DNA from: Octopus vulgaris
Lineage: Eukaryota
DNA length: 64,000 nucleotides
Reading direction: 5' to 3'
NCBI GenBank assembly: GCA_951406725.2
Contig: OX597820.1
Coordinates: 86,552,001-86,616,000, forward strand
Made by a program: the position numbers and the translations under genes. Shown here piece after piece: positions 1 to 13,871 of the stretch. Under the pieces are notes generated by a model, which was not told where the DNA came from, did not search any database, and was given only the letters and a program-made list of their open reading frames with translations. Every line of letters begins with the position of its first letter. Position 1 is the stretch's first letter.

Positions 1-510
1 ATATACGAAGCCCAGTATACCCATCATGACTACCCGTCTGATAAGGGTACACCAGGCACGTGCATCACAACCATATGTGCGCGACATGGTGATCTCATAT
101 CAAGATAAACAGCACATGACCTTGCAGGTGGAGCCCAGTTAGAATTTTCTTCAGCTCGAGTAACCCATCCTGCTCAAAAGGTCCCTGAATAAGGGTTGTT
201 TAAGGACGTTGAACGAAACACCCATGTTTCCAGAGGTGAATTATTCAAACCCCAAAGAATCCTTCTCAACACATGGCTATGATGCTCCCCCACTACTTCT
301 GCTCGTGATCAGAGATGCACATATCGTCAGCCACTAAGGGACATGCTCAACTGGTTAAGGCCAAACAACTGACAAGCAAATCTGTGGTATTGAGCAGAAC
401 ATTTGCTGTAGCCCATCTTTTATACCAAGACAAAACAATGTACATGATAACACTTCCAATCAGTTAAGATCAGAAGCCATGAGAGCCATTGCCTGGTACT
501 GCATCAGGCC

Positions 511-513
<3 letters not shown>
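1..513. mobile_element. Interspersed repeat of unknown class abutting an (ATT)n tract (runs off the window start)
   Basis: Non-coding, higher-GC, complex sequence ending abruptly (...tgcatcaggccattt) at a long (ATT)n. It resembles a repeat I associate with octopus genomes; class not determinable here. Confidence 0.45.
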
Positions 514-579
<66 letters not shown>

Positions 580-603
580 CATTATTATTATTATTATTAT
601 TAC
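514..603. repeat. (ATT)n microsatellite
   Basis: Directly visible, about 30 units. Confidence 0.97.
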
Positions 604-964
604 TATAAATACCAGTATTATTTCTTTTCGCCTATGTACCTAAACACAAAAATAAACATAAACCTACCCATCACATTAATACACTGTACCATACACCATA
701 TCCTTAAAAAAAACTTTATTTGAAACGACAAAAAATTTTTCCCACACTATATTTCTCCGTTTCTTTACCACTTCTACACCAATTTTACAACTATTTCATT
801 TCCCTTCCATTTACTATTCGAATCTATAAAATTTTTGATATCTTTCCTCTGTATTTGTCTTCAATTTATTTCATTCTAGTTTCTTACAAATTTGTTTCTT
901 GTTTTACTATTTTTTAAAGAAATATCACCATTTTTCATGTACGCTTTTACAAATTTTTTGACTT

Positions 965-1108
965 GCACACACGCGCGCGCGCACATAGTCATACATGCGT
1001 ACATACACACATATACACACATATGTACATACGTGTATGCTTATATATACATGTAATGTATGCATATACATATGTACGTGTTTTAGTATGAATAGTGTAC
1101 ATATATAT

Positions 1109-1141
<33 letters not shown>

Positions 1142-1214
1142 CACAGGTACATCTGTATGCATATATGTATGTGTGTAGAGATACGTATATGCTTATATAC
1201 ACATATACATATAT

Positions 1215-1265
<51 letters not shown>

Positions 1266-1714
1266 TATCTATAAAAACACCACCCACACACATACACATA
1301 GTTGGGGTTTTTTTTACATCAAATCCATTGCATCACTGTTCTCACCCATTTATTTATCTATTTATCGATCCTTTATTTTCCCACCTTTTCGAAAAGTTAT
1401 TTCAGTTTCAATCTATCTGACATTTTTTCTATTATCTTCAATTGTTCTTCTCTTGTCTTCACTGACAATTTTTTTCGACATCTTCCTACAATTTTTTTCT
1501 CTCCTCATTTAGTTTCATTTTATATTTTTACTGTTGCTCTTTCATTCGCCCCCTTTTCTCCCACCGCCCAGCACGCTCTCCATTTCTTTCTTCCATCTAA
1601 ACTTTCACTCATATAAAGAAAAAAGATATTTGATTTTACATGTGCGGATATATAAATACATAGATAAATATGTATGTGTGTGTGTTCGTATGTATGCATG
1701 TATATCTATATATG

Positions 1715-1782
<68 letters not shown>

Positions 1783-1838
1783 TATATATACATATGTATA
1801 CATATATGCATCTATATACACATGTATACATATATACT

Positions 1839-1915
<77 letters not shown>

Positions 1916-2029
1916 GCATCATATATATATGTATGTACGTATGCACATTTATATATATATATCTTTGTGCATATATGTTTATATATATATATATGTATAT
2001 ATATGTATATACACACATCTACGAATATG

Positions 2030-2086
<57 letters not shown>

Positions 2087-2221
2087 CAGTTCTTATATGT
2101 ATATATAAATATGTGTGTGTACACACCATATAAATATATATATATATATACGCGCGCGCACACATACACTACACACTCACATACATACATACATACATAA
2201 ATACATACAAACAAACATACA

Positions 2222-2253
<32 letters not shown>

Positions 2254-2283
2254 CATACATACATACATACATACATACATACA

Positions 2284-2315
<32 letters not shown>
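965..2315. repeat. Compound (AT)n/(AC)n/(ATAC)n microsatellite fields
   Basis: Directly visible; source of the spurious YIYI/HTHT ORFs. Confidence 0.9.
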
Positions 2316-2316
<1 letters not shown>

Positions 2317-2911
2317 CACTTTCCAGTCATTCCCTACTTCGGTATACGTTATACATACATTTGTATCGGTTTCTCCCTTCTTCGCACTTTCTACCTTCCA
2401 TTTTAATTCCAATCATCTTGTGATATATCTTTCATTTCTTTAGCATCCCTTTACTCATTTTATTTCATATCTTTTCTCTTTCACCGATATTATTTTTTGT
2501 TTAATTCCATCTGATATGCATACACTCAAACAGAAGAACACCGTACGAACATTTGCATACTCATACGTTCTCGTGCTCCCACATGCTCACACGCTCACAC
2601 ACACACACACTCGTATGCATACTTATATGTGCGTCTAGGTGTGCGAATGGGTCTGTGAATCCATTATATAATTACATATATGTGTGTGCGTGTGTATAAT
2701 TGTATAATGGATTCACATGTATGGTGTGTAGTGTGTGTGTGTATGTATGTATGTATGTACGTATATTCGCACGTATATATCTATACATATACATGTATAC
2801 TTACATATGTGTACGCTTTTGCATGCGTTTATATATGTTCGCGTACGTCTCTGTATGTTTGCACGTGTGTGCCGGTGTGCCTGTAAGTCTGCTTGTGCGT
2901 GTGTGTGTGCG

Positions 2912-2974
<63 letters not shown>

Positions 2975-3560
2975 GTTAAGGAGGAAGTGTTTCAACGAAG
3001 GAAGGAAATAAGATCAGAGACACAACGATAAACAAATGAGAGATATATCACAAAATAATTGTATATATTCGTGTATATATACATGTATATATATGTGTGT
3101 ATGAATGTATGTATGCATGTATATACAAACGCACTCATACATACACACACTCACACACACACTCATATAGACTCAAGCGTGCGTGTGCACACACGGTTTT
3201 TCCATTATCTTTGATTTTCGTTTTGTATATATCTTTTTGATGTTTTTGTTTGATATATATTTTTTACTATTGGTTTTCTTAACTTGTTTATTTCTTTCAA
3301 TCTATCACCAGTTTATCATCAATATATCCTCAATATATATCACCAATCGTAAACAATTTAGAATGGATGGCAACACCAAAGCTCCGATTGTAATTGGGAA
3401 TGGATAAATTGAAAAGATGAATAGATAACTAAATAATAAGAAAAAAATCAAAGAATTAAATAAATATCAAAATAAATTGAGTTAGGGGCCATTTATGAAA
3501 ATCCTTTCTATCATTTCTAGCTTTTTTCATATATTTTTTCAGCTTTCGCTTTCATGTATA

Positions 3561-3638
<78 letters not shown>

Positions 3639-3690
3639 GTTGTAGTAATATTAATACAATCATCATCATCATCATTATCATTATTATTAT
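3561..3690. repeat. (ATT)n/(ATC)n microsatellite
   Basis: Directly visible. Confidence 0.95.
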
Positions 3691-4197
3691 TGAAACTATT
3701 ATTACTATTCTTTTATGTGCTGCAGATTTTTTTTTCTCTTTTATCCACCTACTTCTGTCTTTTGTACAAAAAGAAAATTGTTTCTGTTTCAAAGCATTGA
3801 TACGATATTGTTGTTATTCTATATCACTGCACCAGTCTGACAGATATACACCTTCATACTTATGTATTTGTATGTAGGTGCTCCTGTGTGTATGTGTGTG
3901 TGTACATATATATGTCTATCTATCTATATATATATATTTGTATATTTGTATGTATGTATGTATGTATGCACATACATACATACATAAATACATACATACA
4001 TATGTACTGTATGTGTGTATGTATATATATGTATGTGTGTATGTGTGTGTGTATGTGTTTGTTTGTATGTATGTATGTTCATACATACATACATATGTAC
4101 CGTATGTGTTGGCTATTTTGCGTTTGTACAATATTTCTCTGTGTATCTATCTATACACATGTATGCATTTGTATATATTTGTGTGCGTTCTATATAA

Positions 4198-4245
<48 letters not shown>

Positions 4246-4276
4246 GTGTTTTATGTATGTATACATATATATATAT

Positions 4277-4311
<35 letters not shown>

Positions 4312-5532
4312 GACAGAGGCAGAGAAAGTACGTGTGATGACAAAAGACACAAACTTGAATGTCGTTGGTAACAGAGGGTTGTATTTAAGGTATAAAAGGG
4401 GAAAATAACCACCAATATACGGAGTAGAGTTTTATTTATCAGAAAACAATCAGATCTGGACGAACCCGAGTGTTGGATGAACTCCAGCGTTGCTCAGTGT
4501 TCCATGCGATCACACATTCAGGATGTATGTAGAAGGAAACCTGCAGACTATATTGTGAAATAAAGAGGAAGATACGTTCATAGATTCCCATTGCTTTCGT
4601 CTTTCCATGTAATCATGTTTGCTGGTGTCTGCAGATCCGTTACTCTTGAAATTCTGTCTACCTTAGAGGTAGACAATTCACGGTCCTTCACTTCAAAGAC
4701 AGCTCAGGATACTTCACTTCTGTCTGGCTGAAGCCGATTTATTTGTGCTTGTTTCTGTTGTGTTCAGGTGTTTGAAAGTTTTCCAAGACGGAGGCAATTG
4801 TCAAAACTCCTGATCTCTGGTAACAAATGTCATAGTTTGCTTCAGGAACTGAAACTTTTCATTCGAGCAAAGCGTAGAGTTTGGTGCCATGTTAAAAAGT
4901 AACTCGGTCCCACTAACAATATTCTGTTATTGTATGTCAGTTCATGCCACTTAACATTTCAGATAATTGGAACAGATACCAGAAATTTTCCTTATTCCAT
5001 GATATGAATGAGTGGAGGTGCTGAAGCGTGTATCTGTCTGTAGGTGGTGCTTGATCATTTTGTTATTGTTTCTTTTGGAGGCGGATTGCATTCTTTTAGA
5101 GAGATACGAATCTCTGAACAGCCATATTGATGAATTTAATAAACAAAAGCGCTAGCAGTGATGAAAGAAGCTCAGCACCACTACTGATCTCTAGCTAAGA
5201 AATGTTGAAAAAAGCTTTAATATTTAGAACTCTGCAGGGAAACAAAATCTAGTTTCGTGCTTCATGGAATTATGGTTTGGCACTAGTAAAGATATTGAAC
5301 AAGACCGAAGGTCAAGCTAGTCAATTACCCTTGCTTTTATAGATAGATTGTAATATAGACCTTGCAAAAATGGACATAGTATTTCCACCATATTTCTTAG
5401 TTTCCTCTCAAAGATTACTCCACACATGTTACGTGTTTAACTGGGCAAATCTATCAGTTATGATACAGCGAGTTCAGTAACTGCTTTCTAATAAATTTAT
5501 CGCATTCTCCCTCCTTTATTCTGCATGTATAG

Positions 5533-5578
<46 letters not shown>

Positions 5579-5618
5579 CTATGTACATACATCTATACGC
5601 ATATATATATGTGCATAT

Positions 5619-5885
5619 GTGGGCACAGGACGTTATGAAACGTGTACAACAAAAATATACGAAGTACGACTACGTGAAATATGAACTATTTTTTCGAACA
5701 ACGAAAGACACAAATGGAAAACAAGACAAACAGCATAAAGAACAACACTTCATCAGTTGTTGGCTGTTTTCTACTCTAGTATTTCGAGCATTTAACAACA
5801 ATATATGCTTTCGATAAAACAGTTGCTCCAACAAAGTAAATTAAATAAAATTTGGGATTTTGCGGAGGGTCAAAATCGGTAACGC
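5619..5885 (-). mobile_element. Dispersed repeat, possible Penelope-like terminal repeat (family shared with 17700-18100)
   Basis: Its reverse complement aligns by eye with 17820-18095 (ccctccgcaaa..atcccaaattttat..taattt; ttcgttg..gaaaaatagttc; gtcctgt.ccca.atatgca). Both copies end at (TA)/(CA) microsatellites. Confidence 0.55.
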
Positions 5886-5891
5886 AAACAA

Positions 5892-6078
5892 CGCTGCTGA
5901 GTTACGGGGACATAAACACATCAGCATCGGTTGTCAGGCGATGGCGGGGGACAAACACAGATACAGAGACACATACACACATAAATATCTACATATACGA
6001 CGGACTTCTATCAGTTTCCGCCTACCAAATCCACTCACAAGGCTTTGTTCAGCTCGAGGCTATATTAGAAAATACTTG
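5892..6078 (-). mobile_element. SINE family A, partial copy
   Basis: Shares ttacggggacataaacac..cggttgtca and ctaccaaatccactcacaaggcttt blocks with the full copy at 39411-39824. Confidence 0.8.
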
Positions 6079-6178
6079 CGTGTGAATTTGTGTGTATATG
6101 CGTATTATAAATATGCGCGTGTGTTTGTGTGTGTATATGTTTGCCTCTATATATATGTACATATACATTTATATATGT

Positions 6179-6210
<32 letters not shown>

Positions 6211-8544
6211 CTGTGTGTGTGTGTGTGTGTGCGTGTGTTTATTGATGTACTTTAGTGATAGTCATGCAACTATTTAAAACACCTAAACTGATTCTTTTTC
6301 ACTTCAATTCTATTATACATTAATTAGGTAATTAGCTATTCTTTAAAAAATAATTTTATTTGTCAATTTCCTTTGCCACACCCTGTGACCCGATCAATGA
6401 CAATGTACCCTCATGAACCTCCTCTGTGTTACCACGAGCTTGTTGCTGTGTTTTTGTATCTTGGAATCTGAGCATTAAGTTTGTTCATGTTCCATTCATT
6501 ATAGTCACATTGTTTGTGCATGTGCGTATGTATAACTTTTAAGTGAGCTGGTAGTGGTACTGTATATTCTTTAGTGATTTGATGGTGCGTATATGTGTGT
6601 CGGTTTTGGTGTGGAGGCCTTTCGATTATTGATACCCGTATATATCATCGTGTGTACATGTGTGTGTGCACGTGCGTGTGTGCGTGAATGCATACGCATT
6701 TTGTTATTGTATCATTGGTGGGTTTTTTTCTACGGTGCTTCTTTTCATGTTCTGTCAAGTAGCTTGTGGCTTATCATTCATGTTTTTATCAATTTATCCA
6801 TTCATGTGTGCAGGATCTGAGCACTAGCTGGCTCTGTATTTCTCATCATAAATACAGGACGATGCTAATCTACAGATATGCATAGGCAACCACAAATGCG
6901 TAAACATGCAAGCATGCACGAATATGCGCGATGAATATGCACGCATGCGCTCATGTTTGCAAGTGTGCATGTATGCAAGCATGCATGTTATCCTATGTGT
7001 ATAATAGTTTTTCCAGTTATTTTGTACGGTATTATTGTAATATTATGCTGTTACAGATAATAGTGTATTAAACTGCGTGTATTTTCATTGAGTCATTGGG
7101 TCTTTTGATTTTGTGTTGTCATCCTCCTTGCATATTGTCAACTTATCTGGGTTGCTCTGCCGTTGGTGAAATTATTTATGACTGGAGACTGGTGGTGACG
7201 GTGTTGTTATTATGTTCATACTTCTGTTGAAGAAGTATGTAGGTTCGGATCCTACTTCAGCATATGTATCGTTTTTCTATGAGCAAGAGCTTCTATCTCG
7301 ATGTTGTCAATGGAACCGGTATGTTCTTTGGCATGGAATTTTTTCCTTGTATTGAAATGACCTGTGTTCTGTCATTTCGCCAATATTACGTATCCTTTTT
7401 CCAAGATAAGTTACCACAGTGTTCTTGCTATGTGCACCCATGCATCTCATACGACATATTGCATCACTTGTTTTGCCGTTTATTTGTGATTTTGTGTTGC
7501 AAATGTTGTAGTTGTTATCAACTCAAAAGTTTTCATGAACGGTATGTCCTACTGATTAGTGAGCAAATGTTGTCTTCTAGGTTGTTCTCCTAATTTAATT
7601 CGAAATGACATTTTGCTTAGACTATTCCAAAATATGTAAGCTAGTTCACCCTTAGGTCTAACGCTAAGAAACATTTTTTCCTCTGCTTTCGCAGATTCCC
7701 ATGACTCTCCATTGCCATCCAATTCCATTGTTATGAATTTAAATTGGGAACTCGAGCCATAGCGAAACATTCATTAGCTGTTAACACAACCATGGACGCC
7801 ATCCCTATGGATGCATTGCAGTTACTCTTTATAGAGCTTTGTGATCCCGACCGTTGATCTTCAAGAATTTTTCCGCTCTGCTCGTTGGCTCAGTTAAGCT
7901 CTTCCACTATTTCTTCACAATTCACAATGTTGTAGTCCCATGACTTCGCCGTATCTTTGGCAGGGTGGTTGGATGGGTGCTATGCCTTGCCATAAGGCAG
8001 CCCGTAATTATGCAGGACACGGTCGACACTCCGTGAGGTATTTTCAAAGTCCCCGCATACCCGCGGGAAATTGTTTTAATTGTAAGCATGGATCTACGTT
8101 ACATAGTTTCATAATTATTCTTTCTAATCTCTTTTAGGATTTAATCCGACAATTAGGACATACAATTGAGGAGAACTCCAGTACAATTTCAGATGTCCGG
8201 AATCATTTCGATTAAAGAGTGTATAATCATTTAGTAGATTGGTGCTGTAGTTGCTGGAAATGTTGCTTCCACAAATTTACCAATTTAGCGATCAGTCAAC
8301 GAGTGCTGAGAAAGACTGATCATCCTTAAGTTCGTAGTTATCTTTTCTTATGCTGGTGATATATAACTGCACCTCCTGGACATTATTTGTCGAACTGTTC
8401 ATAGATATTCTGCTGGATTTATCTCAGGAAATCTTTTATCTTTTGTCTTTAATTTGTTTAAGTCATTGGGGTATACGCCTTGAATGTTTTAATCTAAGAA
8501 ATAATCCCAGTAGCTATTTTCTTAAAATCTGATACGTGTTCTTT

Positions 8545-8797
8545 CAGTCTGTTTTGTCAAGTTATACGAACTTAAACAAACCAACACTGATTATCAAGTA
8601 GTGGCGGTGCACACAGTTATAATATGACACGGTGCACGCGCACTCACACACACGACGGGCTTCTTTCAGTTTCAATCTACCAGATCCACTCACAATGTAT
8701 TTGGTGTCCTGAGGCTATAGTAGAAGAGGTGACGCTCAGTGGCACTGAACCCAAGACCACGTCGTTAGAAAGCAAGCTTCTTACCCAAACAGCCACG
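8545..8797 (-). mobile_element. SINE family A, degenerate copy
   Basis: cgacgggcttctttcagttt..ctacca.atccactcac..gaggctatagtagaaga..actgaaccc..agcaagcttcttacc..acagccacg. Confidence 0.8.
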
Positions 8798-9180
8798 TTG
8801 TGTATCAGTATTCGAAGACCATTTGCGAAGTCAGGATGGAGAGCATCTGTCTTTGGACTTATTTTATTTTTATTTTTATTTTTATTCCTTCTGCTTTCGT
8901 GGATTCCAATGACTCTCTGTCGCCATCCAGTTCCATTATTATGAATTTATATTCGGAGATTGAATCATAGTGAATCTTGCCTTGGCTGATTGCACAACCA
9001 TGTTTAACTGAAGTTAAGCATGATCTATTTAACTTCAGTTGTAAGAAGAGTAGATTTTTTTCCGTTTCCTCGCTTGTATAAGGCGTGATGCAGATTATTT
9101 CATTGAATGTTAGGTTCGTGGTATAGATACGTTTTAGGCCAGGATTTTGTCAGAGATGTTGAATCGGTAGTTGAGTAAGT

Positions 9181-9265
<85 letters not shown>

Positions 9266-9365
9266 ACTGCTGATGATGATGATGATACTGCTGCTGCTAA
9301 AGCTGCTGCTACAGCTACAAGAATTGCTACTGTTGTTGCTACCATTATTATTATTACTGCTACTA
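9181..9365. repeat. (TAC)n/(TGC)n/(GAT)n compound trinucleotide repeat
   Basis: Directly visible. Confidence 0.93.
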
Positions 9366-10107
9366 ACACTGATCCTTTTGCTAGTAACATCAGCCCAACT
9401 ACAAGAGGGACCATTTCCACTATCACCATCACAATCACCAGTATTTGTGTTCGTACTAGTAGAATGTATTTGCTATATGTTACGTTTGAAGGATGGTATT
9501 GTTGTTATTGTAATTAGTATTTCTGGGCAACGGAGAGGACAGCTAGTGTTGCTGTTGTTATTGCTACTACGGCAGTCATTGATTTTGTTTTCCATGTGAT
9601 TGTTGTCTCTGCTGCTATTGTTATTATTTGGCTGTTATTGTTGCTGCAATATTAGAGACATAGTATACCGAACGAAATACATGCGAAAAAACATTGCCGC
9701 AACTTGTATTGAAGACAAAGCCTATAGTCGAAAGAATATAAGTCCACAACATGCATGAATGAAAACATAATGATATCCGATATGTACCAACATACCAGAG
9801 CCAAGAAGAGTGGTTCGATACACAACATCGCGATAGAATGTTTTTTCCTGCGCATCCACATAGTCCAACACTATATAAAGTATAATCAGAATGTGCCCAT
9901 TTCCTCAAAAGAAAGTACGAATAAAATAACCACAACGATCACCACTCCTGACATAAATAATCCACGGCAACCGAAAGAAATTCCCGATATATGAGGAAGA
10001 AGAGGACAAAAGCAAAAGAGCTTACAGCAGAAAACGAATCAACATAATTTAATAAAATATAATCTATAATAATAATTTACAACAATGCAATATTACCGTA
10101 CAAAAAG

Positions 10108-10300
10108 GGGGCGATCAGGCAGAATCGTTAGCACTGGGCAGTAATTCGCCCGTCCTTACGTTCTGAGCTCAAATTCCACCAAGACTGACTTGCTTTCATA
10201 TTTTTAAGGTCATTAGAATAAGTACCAGTTGAACACGGGAACTGGTGTAATCGACTATCTCCTCCTTTAAAATTGCTGGCCTTGTGCTAAAATTTGAAAC
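10108..10300 (+). mobile_element. SINE family B (tail type 1)
   Basis: Head ggcagaatcgttagcac, B-box-like gagctcaaattcc, core aagtaccagtt..tgtaatcgact, tail aaattgctggccttgtgctaaaatttgaaac. Confidence 0.8.
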
Positions 10301-10498
10301 CAACAATACTGTACAAAATAAGCAAAAAGCTTAATAGTCTTACATTCGCGCATGCATGAATGTATGTACGTAAGTGTTTCTAGGTATTTGAACTTGTAAA
10401 GAAATTCCGCTAAACACTTTGTCCGATAGTCTAACGATCCTACCTGCTCAAACAAAAATACGCCAATTACAACATATTGCACTGACACACACATATCT

Positions 10499-10731
10499 AT
10501 ATTTCTTTACTACCCGCAAAGGGCTAAACACAGAGATGACAAACAAGGACAGACAAAGGGATTAAGTCGATTACATCGACCCCAGTGCGTAACTGGTACT
10601 TAATTTATCGACCCCGAAAGGATGAAAAACAAAGTCGACCTCGGCGAAATTTGAACCCAGAGCGTAACAGCAGACGAAATACGGCTAGGCATTTCGCCCG
10701 GCGTGCTAACGTTTCTGCCAGTTTGCCGCCT
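10499..10731 (-). mobile_element. SINE family B (tail type 2), near full length
   Basis: Its reverse complement is nearly identical to 40326-40555 (ggcggc..ctggcagaaacgttagcacgccgggcgaaatg ... catcctttcggggtcgataaattaagtaccagttacgcactggggtcgatgtaatcgac ... gtagtaaagaaata). Confidence 0.9.
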
Positions 10732-12011
10732 TCAATGATACATATATATATAAGCAAACGCAGTATTACTACCAACATAATTAGAAAATATACATATGCA
10801 AATGCACACTATGTAAATGTAAATGACACATCATGAACAAAATCAACCAATGGGCTCCGAGCTATGAACACGTAACAGAGCAACGAGCAAAGAGTGTGTG
10901 CAAAAGGAGAAGTATGAGAAGTGCAACAACATCGATAAGGTCACGTTTTAAAGAAAGAACTTTGACAAGCTAATTAATTAATTAACTAATTTAGTAATTA
11001 ATTGATAATAAAACTGAAATGCAATACAACCATTGCATGTGTTTTACTTAGCAATATTCACTCTCCTAAAGTGCACTATCTGTTTCAATACATGGTTTCA
11101 TTGTATTGTTGTTTCACTGTATGGTTTCGTTGCATGGAATAAAACGTTGTATGGTTGCGTAGAGAAGAACAAAATACAGTTATTGTATTTGCATGCGCAC
11201 AATGGTTTATTCTTACATTTCCACCGATAACGTTTAGACCTATCCAGTATAGTTGTTGAGAAAATATTTATTGAAGTAATATGCAAACAACGTGATTCAA
11301 CGCATTACAACAATGTAATTCACAGGTAATATAAACGATCGTGTGTAATGGAATATAGAAATGTGATTCAATGCAATATCAATGAGTGATATAGAAAACG
11401 ATAGTTCAAATAATATAAAACAAGCTGTTCAGGTAGACTTCGAATGGAAGTTGGTAGAGATTTAAATAAGCAATTCATAAGTTTGAGTTGAAAATTTCAC
11501 TATCGGAAAAGTTAGTATAAATATATTTATATTGAATCTTGCAAATTCGTTCAACTAATCACGCGCCTTGTCGTGAAGCAAGGAAAAGGAAAATTCCGTT
11601 CAAAGTTGAATCTATGGTATTGTAACGGACAAAGACATTGAACAATTGCTCCATAACCAGTATAACCTGCGATGGTTTATAAAATTCTAATATCTGCGCA
11701 AAGCTGCGTAGCTTGTGGCTAAAAGTGTAAGCAACAAATGGGCTTGTGACAGTAATCTCTGCATCTTTTCATTGATTCGAAATAAGTTATTAACGCCGAG
11801 ATATACCATTGTTGATTTGCAAGGTGTAAAGCAGTAAAAGTTGCTGTAATAGTATGTAAGGCTGCTCCAAAGTGGATGTCGTTAGCTGGTCAAGGGAATT
11901 ACTCTCCTAGTCAAGCTGATGATAGAAAGTTAATCCGTAAAGGAAGTGTCAAGAAAGAGAAAGCGTCACCAAAAGATAAAGCACTCTTTACGCTATAATG
12001 TTTAGCAAAAG

Positions 12012-12222
12012 ATGATGTATTGTCACAATCATTACAGCGTCGGACAAAATGATCTGAGGTATTTTTTCCAACTCTTTCCGTTAAGAGTTCAAATCCTGGC
12101 AAAACGAACCTTACATTTCATCTCTCTTTGGTCAATCAATTAAAGTACAAGTTAAATACTGATGTCCATTTAATCAACTATTCCTTTACGAAAAAGTTTT
12201 TGGCCTTATGCCTAATTTCGAA
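12012..12222 (+). mobile_element. SINE family B, old degenerate copy
   Basis: gagttcaaatcc B-box, aagtacaagtt core and tggccttatgcctaatttcgaa tail in the expected order. Confidence 0.55.
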
Positions 12223-13871
12223 TAGTTTCTATGTCAGAAATGTTATATCTATCAAAATATTGTTTTCTCCATTCAACGAACAAATTATTGCTTTTTACTC
12301 GCTTTTTGTTTATTTTTGCAAACATCTTCAATCAAAAGATTGTCTAAAAATATCACCAAACTAAAAGTGATACTCTGAAGTATCGGAGACTCCATATCAT
12401 ATTAAAATAGTTGCTTGCTCAAAACACAGTACCAAGTCGGATCATATCTGAGCTGCTACTCTGAGCTGTGCACTCAAGTTGAGCTGGATGTTTCATATCT
12501 ATCTGAAGTGAATCGCGTCAAGAGGCTTCCAAAATAAATACTCCATATCTAGCAACCTATTTATCTATCTGTTTATCTAATATATATGTAGAGGGAGAGA
12601 TAGTGTGTGGGGGTATGACAGGAAGGTTGATATATATATATATATATATATATATCTACACACACACACATATATATATATATACATATTTATATACACA
12701 CATACATGCATGCATACATATCTATATAGAATAGATATACTTACACACACAGAGATATGTATGTGTGTGTATATATATTTGTGTGTGTGTGTGTGTGTGT
12801 TTTGTGTAGTGTAGTGAACTGCTTGGTTGTTGGATCACCAACAAAGTACAGAATTCAGTGGGAGATAAATATTTAATAAATACAGGAGTTATATGTGTGC
12901 GCTACTTCAAGTTTCATGCTTGAATAGAGCAGCAATCGGACTGCCTTGTATAGCTTAGCATACAGATGCCATGAGTACTGTGTGACAAAATGCGCAAAAG
13001 TATAAAAACGAGAATAAAGCATGAAATTATAAACTTTAATGGAATAGTATGGTAACAGCCGTGTAAGATGAAGAATACTGCAAATTTTGAGTATTTACGT
13101 CTACAATAGCTATATGTAGTAAGATAGTCGAACTGGGAAAAGTTTAGAAGGAAAAGGTTAAAGGGCGAATGAACATGTTCAATAAGAAAAATTAGCTGAG
13201 ATGGCAACAACTTCTTCAAATTCTAATTTCACTTGAAGAAGGTCGTGCAGTTCTTCGATCTAATAAGGATGTATGTTCTTTCACCTATACGATGCCACAG
13301 TGTGTGTGTGTGAGCACGCCCACATGTGCGTGCATGTGTGTGCGCGTGTGTGTATGTATGCGCGCGTGCGGGTGTGCGTGTGCGTGTATGCGGTGGTGTG
13401 TGTGTGTGTACGTATGTGGGAGTGTGTGAAAGCAGTGCGTATACGAAAGAAAAACTAATTTGATAAACTGAAAAATAATCTTAAACTCATCCAGAGAACC
13501 AAAGATACTGCCTGTGCCATTCAAGCATAGCCTACAGAGCTGTAATATTGTACTATAATGCAATGGCTATGGATTACAGAAATCGCAATAAGAGATATCT
13601 TTTTAAAAATTTTTACATGTTTGTGACATGCAATGATTGCATATATGCCAAATAGAGAAACTAGTAGGAGAATATTGTGCAACAGAAAGTAATTGAAAGA
13701 AGCATTTATTAATATCGCCTACCGCTAAGAATAACTGCTATGAGCTCTTTATAATTCGTATGAGAAAAGTAGAAAATTGGTTGTCATTGCAGCAACAAGA
13801 TCCTGCTAAGAAAGGGAATTAAATTTCAATCAAAAGCGGATTCTTTTACAAAAGCAAAACAGCAACACGAA

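Noticed and set aside
720-4408. Many overlapping ORFs rich in YI/HT/CV/poly-I/poly-L (also throughout the window)
   Set aside because: They are translations of stop-free microsatellites, open on both strands and in several frames; no domain content.
4360-5510. 1.1 kb of complex sequence with a 9-bp hairpin (tgtctacct tag aggtagaca) that might be a TE relic or exon
   Set aside because: No ORF, termini or motif that I can assign.
7200-7620. Possible Penelope GIY-YIG remnant on the minus strand
   Set aside because: Only vague similarity; no recognisable GIY/YIG motif after translation.
9702-9743. acttgta-ttgaagac..gtcgaaa..tataagt hammerhead-like arrangement
   Set aside because: Core incomplete and no stem III; compatible with chance.
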